Positions 1-12,016 of a stretch of 64,000 nucleotides of DNA are shown piece by piece; position 1 is the first letter of the stretch, and each line of letters begins with the position of its first letter. This stretch comes from Raillietiella orientalis (lineage: Eukaryota). The notes beneath the pieces are model-generated. The model was not told where the DNA came from and made no database searches. It saw only the letters and a list, made by a program, of their open reading frames with translations. The position numbers and the translations under genes were made by a program. Where the stretch lies: positions 3,906,001 to 3,970,000 of the forward strand of contig JAYWIR010000005.1 of assembly GCA_036172245.1 (NCBI GenBank), given 5' to 3'.

Positions 1-339
1 CTCGGAGCGCGGGCTCCCGCGGCTGACCTTGGCAGAGCGCTCCCGTCTTCCTCCCGTGATCGAAGGGCTTCTCCATATCTGCTGGGAGGGCTGCAGGGGG
101 GTACACCGCAGTCTCGTCGTCGTGGTGTCCGCTGCGCGCGCGTGCGCGATCGACCACTCCGCTCTCTCGCAGGTCACCCTCGCTCGCATTGCCTTCGCGG
201 GCCCACCCTCTTGCGAAGAACGCGGGAGGCTGGAGCGGCCGCATGCGTTTATTGATCTGTGGTTCGGACGCACCTCCATTCTGCTTCCGCGAAGCATCCA
301 GCAATCCGTTCTCCATTTTTTTTTTCATCCTTTTTGCGT

Positions 340-660
340 GTCCCTGTAGAGTGGTGGGAACTCGCCTTCCCGGCTACCCCAGAACCTCGGGGATCATCAT
401 CTACTTTGGATCTCTTCTGCACAAGAGCGGATCCTTGTGGGAAGGGAGGGACCTGCAGCTCTTTTTTACCTTTGCAACCCACGTCCGACACTGCGTCATG
501 CGGACGTCGCTGTTGTCATGGCATCCATCCGTCCCTCTCCCCTGCTCATGCATCGGGAGACAGATTTTCTCCCGTGCGTTCAGAGGAACGCGCCTGTCTT
601 CAGGGATGTGTTGCTTGCGATGCCGACGAACCCAACGGGGAGGAGACTGTGGAGGAGGGC
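340..660 (+). mobile_element. Highly decayed 3' fragment of the same LINE group
   Basis: ccctgtagagtggtgggaactcgcc resembles the LPxKWxELA block of other copies, followed by a degenerate CG...LRP segment. Boundaries approximate. Confidence 0.4.
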
Positions 661-2733
661 AAAAATAGGGTGGTGCAAACATAAAGCGGCGAAGACGATG
701 GGAGTCGTGGAGAACTTTCGACGCAGGGAAAGGAGCGGGCGCCCTTCCGCCATCGCGTCCCTTCTGCCGTCGCTCGGATGGGGAGGAGGGGAGGAAGTGT
801 CTGGGGTCTCTTTCATCGCCACGCTGCATCCCGGCGATTAGACTGCCGCTCCCCTTTGAACAGATGATTCCTCCCTAGCCAGCCGCGTCATACTATAACG
901 ACTTGCCGAGACACCGTGGGTCTGGGGTTTGAGATCGAAAGGCAAAGACTGTTTGCTAATAGCTGACTCGAACGCTGGCAGTCGATTGTCCAGTCCGGTA
1001 TTCAGTTGATCGAAAAAAGAAAGTCCACGTGAGTTATCGATCTTTACTTGGAGCGTGGAAAGGAGTTTTCGTTTATCTCCTGTATCTCCACGTCGCATCT
1101 TTTTCACATGGACGTTCGAGGCAGCAGTGTAGGTGGAAAGTCGTGCACTGGTTTCAACCATGTTACCAAGCATCGTGGTGCTGGTTGGCGTCTGCGATTG
1201 CGTTCCTCACCCACTCATTCGAAAGAAAACGCTGATTTTCATCATACAGGGACCACAATTCGGTTTGTTTCTCGTTTGCGATTGGAAATCGGAAGTCAGA
1301 TGTCGGTAGCCGTCCGGTGATGGTTTGTGGGAAGTGCTCCGCGTGCATTTTATTTGATCACTCTGAGGACGTAGTTTGGTTCCATCCATGCAGCCACAGT
1401 GTTCTGTGACTACACGACTGAAACCAAACGAAATCTCCAATCCTTAAACTGGACATCGTTTTAAAAGCTCAGAATCACATACGGGCAATAGCGTGTTCTC
1501 AGCGGTGCGGTTATCCTTTTCATAAGTAACAACTTCCTTCTCCGTGAGTCAATGCACCTTTTTATATTTCAATCTCCGCCAAAGAGTGCATCCTGGGATG
1601 AAGCACGGTGGTCTGGTGACCAGGCAACCGCAGCTTGTTCCAACCTCACAACTTTGGGTTACCCACGTAGTATGCTTAAGCATGGCTTATCCAAAGACCA
1701 ACTGGAAAACGCACACCTAATTCGGTTTTAAAAGTGAAGGCAACCGTGCGGAGGAGGCTTGTTTCCACACGAGTTATTTTGCTGTGTACTATTACTAAAT
1801 GTACAGGTTTGAATTCGGACGGAAATCGCGTGTCGGAAATTCGAAGCGCTGATTTTCGCTCTGGGAAGAATTTGGCAACACCGCCCTGAATCGGACGCCA
1901 TGATGGTTATTCGTAGCGAGAGTTTCTTCCTGCAAAGTTGCTGATGTAGCGGATCTGCCCATACAGATGAACGCAGAATCCGAACTTGAAAGCTTAGGAG
2001 AGGGTTAGCCAACGTCCTGAATCAGCGCTTTTCCCCTTTTCATGGTTTTTCCTTTCCCTCTCAAAGTGGCATCTGCAAACGGGTCTGTTCGCGAGGACAT
2101 CGTTTCGAGTGTTTTCAGGAAGTTACCAGATGCCATTTACAGCGTGCTCGTGTTTATGGGTTCAAGCGTCGGGAAGTTCTGACCCAGTTGGGTTTGTTTA
2201 AAATTTTGTAGGGATGACCTCGGTACGGGGCAGAAAAAGGGAAGCGGCATCCTTCGATCAGTTCGCAACTTTATTGAGGCGTGGGGCGCATTCTTTTTGC
2301 CCGGATGAAGATCGAATGGTCCTAAAATCATCGACAGCATCCAAATTTATTTGTTTTTTTTTTATCAAAAATGTTAACTTTCCTTAAGCATCGCATTCGG
2401 GAGCCGTTCCTCCTCCTTTCTCTTTTTCGAAAATAATTTTTGTGTGGTTGGATGTTTGTCGGCGTATTTATTAATCCGAAGGGTTGTTCGGCGGGAGGCT
2501 CAGTGCTAATGAAGAGCAAATTGGGTCTCCGGAATTCCGTCGGTTGAATGCCAGAAATTTCCGGTTAGCAGAATTCGTACTGGCAGATTGGTTTCCATTT
2601 CGGGAGGCTGCGGGCTGAGTTGCGTTAGATCGAAAGTGATTCACAAAAGTGAAACGCCCTATCTTGTGTTTGGCAGTGGGTGAAGCGGTGTCGCGCAAGT
2701 ACGTCTTCATGGATATGCGTACAGTCAGGAGGC

Positions 2734-2753
2734 AGAGAGAGAGAGAGAGAGAG
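2734..2753. repeat. (AG)n microsatellite
   Basis: Directly visible. Confidence 0.9.
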
Positions 2754-4792
2754 TAGGAGTGGCCGTTCTTCAAGCCAGCAAAAAAGGGTTTCAGGAAATG
2801 AAGCATGAGCCGAGGTGGAGTTGACTCCCGGAAGACCCTCGGGTCAATGCTGCTGCACACAGCACTGAGGTCTCCGTGGAAGAGTTGGAACACGAAATGT
2901 TTGCGCGCGTTACTTGTACTCCCCCACGTTGATACCGACTCCGTGAGTGCTGGGAATGATGAAGGCCGAGAAAAAAGTAAAATTATCATATCCTGATCAA
3001 ACACAAGTATCAGTTTGACCCACACAGGAGGGCATACAAATCGCTCGTGTGCTCTCATCAAAAGACGGATATACGTATCATCAATAGAAAGTTGTTGATT
3101 CTTCCACTTCTCGAGTATGCTCGGTTCAGCATCATGTGTACGTTCTTCCTGGTGTGCTTTTCATGTACACAGAATTACCGGCGCAGCACTGTCGACGAGT
3201 TTGGGTACAGCTTGTTTAATAACAAGAGAACGAAGCCTTCAGATATGAGGGGGGGGGGGAGAGAATAGCATGTTTTCTACCAAGGGTTCTTTCTTCAAGC
3301 CTTGCTATTGGATAAAATGTGGAAGTAGATGAATTCATTTAAATGGCACCAAGGAAAAGCACGAGTGTTTCCATGCCAACAGGAGAGTTTTCGGGCGTGG
3401 TTTGCATCCCGAAATGAACACGGACCTTCGAAGTTCCTGTGGGAAGGGCGTGCACGAGTGCGCGGTCCTTGCCAGCATGTGCTTTGCCCCATTCTGTTTT
3501 CTCATATTCTTCAGAAACTTGAGCGTTTTTGAAAAGGCATAACGAAAGTTCATGATCATAAGTGATGCTCCATCTTCGAAAGCAGTGCGTAAATATGTCG
3601 TGATGGGCACATTTGAGTGCTCACCCCGTGAAGAAGTTTCAACCTGATTTCGAAAGCAAAGGGAGAGGGGGGCAACTTTACTGCGAACTCTTTTTCTTTT
3701 TTTTCAATTTGTATAGATTCTCATTTCCTAGTGGGAAAAGAAAGAAAGAAAAAGACATTTTCGATTTTGCTTTTCCTGGGGAAAGGGAGAGAAAAAGTAA
3801 AGGTCTGCTTGGAAGGAAAAAAGAAAAAAAAAACGGTCCCGTTGGGCTGAACGGAGAAAGAAAACTGCAGCGTGGTGCAAATAAGTGGAAATCTTTCGCA
3901 GGAACAGAGGGGGTAATTTGGTCCGTTGCGGCACTCTGGTGGCGGTGCTCATTCTTGAACGGTTTTCTGCGATCCCAGTAACAGATAAAAGTATGAAAGT
4001 AGGGAGACCGTGACGATTGCTTGCTAACAGGAATATCGAGGACAAATAAGGAAGCATTCTGTGTTTCAGAAACGGGTGTTTGGGGGTGAATCCTGTTTGC
4101 TCGAAGCGAACTGCAACCTTTGTGAACGCATGCATTTCGGTGCCAAATGCGTCACTCTCATCCGTCACCTATGACAACAAGGCAATATGATTTCCTCTTC
4201 CTTCCCTCCCCTTCCTTTCTATCCTCCGTTTCTTTCGCAGTGCATTTAGGTTTAAGAAATAAAATCACACAAAAAAAATTTCATCGGCTGATGATAACAG
4301 GAAGAGGAAAGAAATGCATGCATTGCTAATTCGCCTGACAACCTCGTTAATCTCCGTCCGTGGATCCTCTCATTCACTCGAGAATCAGGCTCCGAGTATC
4401 GGGGAATGCACACATCACCTGGTCCACCCAGACATGTGCTGAATCTGTTTGGAGCTGTCTCTCTCTCTCTCCTTCTTTATTGCTCTCCCTCCCCCCCCTC
4501 ACCACATGGGTTGGTCCATGCAAATCTCGAAATTGCATGCATTGTGAATCACGGCTGCTGATTCTGTTCTTCAAAGTTGCAATTCCACAATGGTAACTTG
4601 AAAAAAATCGGTGATTCATGCTGCGATCGTTCCCAGGGAGACGCTCTCTCCTTCTTCGAGCGGATGCCGATGGTCGAGTAAACCGAGACCGTAAGTATAT
4701 CGAAAAGCAGACTGATTGTTTTTGTTGTTTTATGCTCGCCGATAGATCATTTCTTGTTTCAAAAGATGTAACAAACCAAGATTTCTTTTCAG

Positions 4793-4995
4793 ACGTGGCT
4801 CCACGAGACAACCATGTGTAAGAGAAGATGAACCTAAATCGTGTTGTGGTATGGTGGTTACTCAAACCGTCTCAATCAGGTGGTTTATTGTCATGATAGC
4901 TTTTGTAGGACTTTGTTGCGCTGTCGTGGGTACTATACTGGGAGCTCTGAAAGCTACAGGAAGAGAGCATCTTTGGTCCTCACTCTTAATGACAG
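4793..4995 (+). CDS. Exon A of the two-TM PPxY gene (TM1 and start of TM2)
   Basis: Acceptor tttcttttcAG|A at 4792/4793, donor ACAG|GTAAAT at 4995/4996; encodes the hydrophobic WFIVMIAFVGLCCAVVGTILGAL segment. An in-frame ATG lies at 4851. Confidence 0.85.
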
Positions 4996-7900
4996 GTAAA
5001 TCCTTCAGATTTTTCACTTGGTTGTATCGGTTTGCGCTTCGTACCTCCTCTTCTCCCCCTCCCCTCCCTTCCTCCCCCTCAGGGTAATGTTTTCCCTAAG
5101 TGAACGTTTCATGCGAGAGACGTGTGGGTCACCGCCGCCTCCGCGGATCTGCGACGCTCGTTGCATACATATGATCCGACTTAATCCACGGTTCAGACGG
5201 AACACGTCCGCCATCGCAGTGGCGACCTGGGGGCTTTCGCGAATGACACGGTGTGTCGAGTGCGTGCGCGCCTCCCTGGTGCCCAATCACGGCGACCCCG
5301 TAAAAAGCATCTGGAAAGCGGGAAGGAGCTGCGCGCTGGCGGCAGCGTTTCTGCCGAGACCGTCGTAAACAAAACGTCCGCGCAGCTCGGATGCGCGCGG
5401 GCTTTTCGCGGATTCGCCCCGTTGTTTTCGCTCCGAAAAGATGGCCACGAGTTTTGTCCCGGGGACACGGAGGTTGCCTTGCTCCTGAAGAAATTCTCAC
5501 TTCCTGTCAATCCCCGAGAAAGGGTCTTTTCACTGTTGTTGCCCGTGAAAAGTTTGTATTTGCACAAAAGGCATGAAATATCGCCGGAGTGCCGAAATCC
5601 TGACGATTCTGGGAAACTTTAAATGTCCCCCATTCATTGCCCTCCCCCCCCCTCGCCCCCAGATGCCCACGATGGGCTTTCAATTTAGAAAGTTTAGACT
5701 GGCCCCGTGTTCTTTCTCAAGCATCCCTCCGTTGATCTCCACGAACGGATGGATTTCCAGTTCTAGCATGGATGTGGGTTTCCCTCCGCAAGCCAAACTC
5801 AACAGGTCTCGCATATCGCACTTCCGTTTTCATTCTGTGGAAGTATCTCCATTACGGTGACAATCTTGAGATTGATCTTTTGCTGCACGTTGCCGAAACC
5901 GTCACGAATCGCAGATCTGGTGAACAGGAGCGACCTTGGATAGAAACGAATGCCGAAGAGGAAAGAAGAGCCCTGTTCTGTGATTTTTTGGCGAATTCTT
6001 ACGGACGCCAGCTCTCCCCGTAAGCCATTTTTCCACACCAACTTCTCAGAAGCCTCGCGCCCCTTCCCTGGAAGCATCGACATCTGTGCGCATTTGCATC
6101 CGAAAGAAGTGTAATCTTTCAGGACCGTCGGACAAATGTCGAAACAGCCGCTTTTCGAGTGTTTCCATGTCAATCTCCGCGGAAATTATTATATACGTAT
6201 CTATTGTATCGGTGGAAAGAAGTTATCTCGGGAATGCATTCGTTTTCCTGGGAGACGCAATGGTTCTTTTCAAGTGACATCTGTTTCGTAATGAGAGCTG
6301 TATCGTAGGGACCGCTTATTTTGGTTCGCTGTGTACGCTCCCGCTTAGACAGGCTGTGTGCAAACATCCGTGTGGTCATTTCAGGAGGACGGGAAGGGAA
6401 ATGAAAAACGAGTCGGCTGGCAACTGTTTGCCCGAGCGGCCGACTCTTCAGCTGACTGAACTCTTCTGGTTGCGGATGCCTTCTGACTTGGAATTCGCGG
6501 TTTCTTCGTGAAAGGGTTTTTTTTTTTTTTTTCCCTCTTCCATTGACCAACTTCACCAACAGTGCCCGCGTGCACTCTTTTTTCTTTAATTGGCCGGCTG
6601 GTTTTCTTTCTTTCTTTTTTTTTTTTTTTTTGGCGAGCGCTCCTTCCAATGTCGTTACCACCGCGTTTATCGAATTTTGAGCGAATTTTCTCAGCGACAC
6701 CGCCGAGAGCTCCTCCCAGGTCACTGTTTTTCGGAGCAGGAGGATGCGCGCTCCTTTCAGTGTTCCCAGTGCGCTGCTGCGAAAATTCGCTCAAATTCGA
6801 CGCGAGCGCCGCGAGCATCCCAAGCCGCAAACGGCCTGCCTGACGATCGTTCTCGTGGTGGGGCTGCGCGCGTTCTTTGCTGGTGCGCAGGTTGACTGCT
6901 GGTGCGCAGGTGCGTTTCGGAGACCAGATGCTGGAGACGTCCGGTGGTTCCTCGGTTCTTTCGCGGCTCTTCGGAACGGATTGGTTTGCACCCGACGAGC
7001 CTGCATCCGCGACGGTGCCGTCAAAGGGCGTTACCATCCGAGTTCCGAGAGAGTCCCGTTCCTGCGACGGCGAGGTCCGCGTGTTAACGCGCTTAACCTT
7101 TCCGCAAAAAATCTGCGCCGCACGTGCTCACGGGAGCATCTTGAGACTCGTATCTCAAGCGGAACAGGCTGCAGCGTCCTTCTCATTTGCCGTGATGACT
7201 TCACAAAAATTTCTCATCTTGCGAACAGTGGTGATGCGTTCCATGCGGACAAGAAGTGGAATCCACGAATCTGCGTGCGGCAGATGCACGTGTGGCACAC
7301 ACGGTCGCCTTTGAAATTCGGCGGTGCATGTCGTTTGTTCGATCTCGCCGCCCTTTCTTGATCTTTCAGTGGTCACTCTTACTTTTGCCTGTGCCATTTG
7401 TTGCTGCTTCATCTCGTGGCATGGCATTCCTGTCTGCAGTTGCAGTTTTCTTTTTTCTTTTTTTTTTTTAAGGAGGGGGGGGAGAGAGAGAGAGAAGAAA
7501 GAAGCAAGCGAGCACGTAGAAAAAAAAAGCAGCGGCGCCATTTAAATGTAGGTCGTAGCGAATTCACTTTCATTTTGGAACAACAACAGCGAGGATTCGT
7601 GTAAGCGGAGGGGGGGGGGGGGAAGAATTGGTTCGTTACAGGTAAAGGTTGAGGCAAAGTGGTTTCGGAGCGCCGAATAGTCGTCTGTCTGATGGGGCGA
7701 AATTCAGGCAGCGCTCCCCATTGCTGCGTGCCCAAATGAGTGCGTCTTTGCGTGGAGAGTCGCTTGCGGTATGTGGCGGTAAGGTGGATTGCTCAAGAAC
7801 TGTCACCAGATATCGACGAAAAAGCCCTCTCCTTGACCTACTTCGGTGCGAGCCTTCTCTATAAATAGTGAACTTGCGCAAAATTATTAATATTGCGGAT

Positions 7901-8369
7901 CGACAGCCAGTAGTAAAGCTTGTAATGGGATAATGAAATGCAGCGTCCCGGCATTCATGTACGGAAACCAATCCTTTCGTGAGCTTCTGCGTCTCCACAC
8001 CACGGAGTTCTCCCGGGGGAATTCCCGCAATGCGTGCTTCCTGGTGACGAAACGACCTCCCCGGATTCCTGGTTCGCGCAGCCACGGATCGCGAAATGGA
8101 AGAGGGACCATCCGATCGAATGCGTGGGTTCGTACCGTAACCACATGAACAGCTTCCAGCGTTCTGGGAACGTCCCCACAACGAGGGGAACGAAAAGGAA
8201 GGCACTCGCTACAAGCATCCTTCCCTCTCGCAGGCCCGGAATTTCTTTGTGCCACGAAGGGGCGACGGATTCCTCTCATTTGAGCTCGATTGCTATCAAC
8301 GTTTGCCTCCCCTAAGCATCCGAGTTTGCATGCATGCCTGGAAGTGCTTTATTTATGTATGTGTATGTG

Positions 8370-8409
<40 letters not shown>

Positions 8410-11400
8410 CATAGTTATTTCCATTCTCCTCCCTCCGTTCTTGCTTTCTGGTCCGCCATCTCTCATCCATGCCGCATCCCCAATTTGCAAAGCTCGGTAC
8501 AGTGGGCGGGTGCCTACGAGAGCCGAAGATTCGGGGAGAAACGAAACCGTGAAGGGCCGAAGGGGCAGCTCTCTCCTCCCTCAGACGAGCCATACCCAGA
8601 AGGCATCGGTCGCACAGAATGCTTCGTTTTCCCTTCGAAATCCATCGACACGCTGTTCTCACGGCCAGTGTCTCTGGCGTGCAATCTGGGTCTGGTGAGA
8701 GCACACGCGCACTCCACGTGGATGGCGCTTCGTTTCGCGCCAACGGCGATCCCGTTCGAATTCCTGGGGCGCGCGGTGTGTTCCCCACGTGTGCTTGCGC
8801 TGCTCCCACCGGAGAGGCCCGCGCGCGGTGCCCGGCTGCCTGCATACGCCGCCTCTTTGGCCTGCGGTGTTGGTGGGCACCGTCGAAAATCGAGCCCAGG
8901 CCACGGCCTCTCCCATCGGGCTGCACACGAAAAGATATGCCCCGTCTTCCATCACCGGTGCGCGTGCCTTCTGCCCTTTCTGGAACGATGGGGCCAACAT
9001 CTCGAAATATTGAGCATTGGGATCGATTTGTGTGGGAGGTAGACAGAGAGAGGGGGCAGAGAGAGAGAGAGAGAGTGGCGCGACCGTGTTTGTATCCGCC
9101 AAACTTGTTGCCTTCGGATCGATGATCAACAGCAGAGCGGGCTTCCTGCAGACCCCTCCCAGATATCTTTTTTTTTGTCGTCTAAGAGTCGCTTCATTAT
9201 GTGATGTGCAGCTCAGGAAAATGGAGGGCATTCGAGTTCCTGCTGTTGAGAAAGGGCTTTCGCTCGTGTGAGCTTCGCGTTCGTAAGCGAGCAGGTACAA
9301 GGTTAAGAAAAATCCTTCTTAACTTACCCTTGCTGCCTCTGGCCTTTCTCCCTGTATCGTTAGAACTATGATTGTTTCGTAAAAAAAAAAAAAAAAAAGA
9401 AAAGGAGATAAGAAATTTATCACGCGCATTTATATCGCTGACGTTGCCGCTACCTCAAGCCACAGGTCACTTTTACGCTGTCATGTGGGGGGACAATTAT
9501 GGCAGCTGAAGGCACCACTGTGTAAGTCATTACTTGCTGCGATACGGCCCGCAGTTTACGGCGGGAGTCCTCATCTTCGCATTGATGCCGCTGCATCTGT
9601 AGACCATTGGGCAGGAAAAGAAATCAGAACGGAAACACGGAAGCACGGGATAAGCAGGTGGAAAGCGTGCCGAGAAAGCAGACAGCTGCATCTGGGCCTG
9701 TTGAGATGCTGGAAGAGCTTGGGAATCCACGAGCACGTCCGGCTCGGCTCTCCGGCCACTGATGGATGCCGCGTAAAATAAACATTCACCCAGCAGGAGG
9801 CAGGAGGAACGCAGACGTCATCGCACCTCCCCCCAATTGTGTTTATCGAAACATTTTTTCCCCATCGATTTCGTGCGTTCTTGAAGCAACCTTCGGAATG
9901 CAGACCTCTGCGACCGTCACCCGTCGGTCGGATGCTGCCTTCCTTCCCTTTTGCCGCGCGTTCCCCGTTACGAATGCTTAATGATGATGATTCCTTCGAA
10001 ACGACGCCGCGTCATTTTCTTTCTCGTTTCATAAAACCGTCTCAGGCAGGCAGACCCGGGCGCCTTGTTCGCCCAAGGTTGCCTCTTTCATCTGTGGAAG
10101 ATTTAGGTTTTTCCAGGTGAATGCTTCAGCAATCGTGCAACAGCAGTAATGAGTACCACGCCGTCTTCGTGCTTGTCAAGCTGCTTGGGATCGTTGGCAT
10201 GAAAACTCCGTGTTAGAAGACCCCAAGTTGATGCACGTCGTGCATCCTCCTTTTCCAAAGTTGTCCTTGCCAATGCTCCTCGTAGGTTTTTTGTAGGGAA
10301 GTTGTGTCCCTTTTAAAAAAAAGGAAAAAGAGAGGGTGATTCTTGAACTCTTGGAAGTCTTCCGCTGGTTTTCGGATCAAAACACAGGTCGGCTGTGCCT
10401 TTACTCCGCATCCGGGACTGTGCTGCCGTCTTTGCTGCATTGCCGATGCTGTGGGTGTTTCTTTGTTGGAGGTTTGTTGCCTTTCGAAAAGCGATGATCC
10501 CGGATTTTAGAGGGAGCAGCTGAGGATACGTGCACGATTCCATTTCGGTCCCCATTCTGCAAGATCCCAGGTCGCGCGTCGGAGCAGGTCTCGTCGTCTT
10601 CTCGCTTCTAAGGCGATCTCTCCGTGAATCTGCACGCCTCGCCACGCTCTCGATCGAGTCGCACCGTAGCTGATGCTGCTGCAACCTGCAGCTTCTTTTA
10701 AGGATCGGTTATTTGCTGCCGTTCGCACTCGGCTCGGAGTTTCTGCGACTCATAAACGAACCGGGTGCATTCAAGAGTCTCCCCGAATCATATTGATCGC
10801 AATGATAATAATAATAACAGTAATCCAGACCTCCTCAGGTGTAACTCGAAAAGGTTTTGCCAAGGAAACGACCTTTCCGAAACCTGGGAAACGTTGTGTA
10901 ACTTTGCGTTTATGCGTCCTTCGGCGCAGGTTCCCCCGGAAAGTTGGCGCTGTGCGCTCCGAACGGTGCACCGCAGCATCTGCTTTGGTTTTTGTTCCAT
11001 GCGGATCAGGATGACCCCTCGCTTTCTTTTTGTGCGTCCGGCGACAAGCGCTCTCCCGCATCTGCTTCCGAGCAGATTTCCGCAGCACCAATCAGTCACC
11101 GAAAAATGGGGATCAATAAATAAAAGCAGCTTCGGGCGAAGCTCAGCGAACGGCCTGTTGTCTTGAGGCCGTGTCGTCGCAGCTTTTCGGTCGTCGGTGT
11201 TTCCCATCCATGTCGGGTCCAGGAGGGGGAAAGAAACGCGCGCGCACACGCATCACCATCAAGTGGACGTGTGTGGTTCATCATCACCGACGGGGTGAAG
11301 GGGGGGGGGGGAACATTCCTGTTCGCGGACCTCGGCGAGCAGCAACTTGTTTGGCTGATGAAGCGGAAGAGCGGGCGCGAGCGATGCCATGCGCGACAGC

Positions 11401-11981
11401 GAACGCCGCGCGCCGCGACCGAACCACCCCGCTCTTGCGATTACGCGGAGTCACGTTTGCAGAACCGGTTGAAGCCGGTTCTGCATGGGTCGCCTCCATG
11501 CATAACCGGGTGCGCCCGGGATCCACCTCAGTGAAGTTCGGAACGTGAATTTGCCAGCCGGCTGTGACCGGAAAGACCTTCGTGAAACCATGTGCGACCC
11601 CGACTTCCAGGACGGAAATGCAGGAGATAACCCGCCACGTCCACCAGCAACAACTATCACAAGGATCACAACGATAGTAATCGGAGCTGCAAAATAAATA
11701 GTGGAAACACTAGTAACGAGAATCGCAGTAATAACTACGGTGCGAGTAATAAGAGTCGCGATAAAGGTGATAATAGCAATATTGGCTATAAAGTTGCTGG
11801 TAAAATAGTGATGATGCTAACACGGAGGGAAAAGAGCAGTAATAGTAGCAGCATTTACAATAGTGATAATAATTATAGTAATTATTAATGAGAATGATTG
11901 ACGAGGGTGATGGTGAGACTATAATAGTGCTGATAACAAGAATACTGATAACACCTAACAGCAGTAATGATAATCTCGGTC

Positions 11982-12016
<35 letters not shown>

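Noticed and set aside
2805..2947. ATG-initiated frame ending at a TCC|GTGAGT donor as the missing first exon of the PPxY gene
   Set aside because: The donor is phase 0 whereas exon A needs phase 2, and the peptide is not recognisable.
7859..7868. CTATAAATAG (MEF2 or TATA-like site)
   Set aside because: A single short motif in an intron with no supporting context.
11645..11890. Asn/Ser/Asp-rich open frame
   Set aside because: By-product of a degenerate AAT-type microsatellite; no convincing start or splice context.
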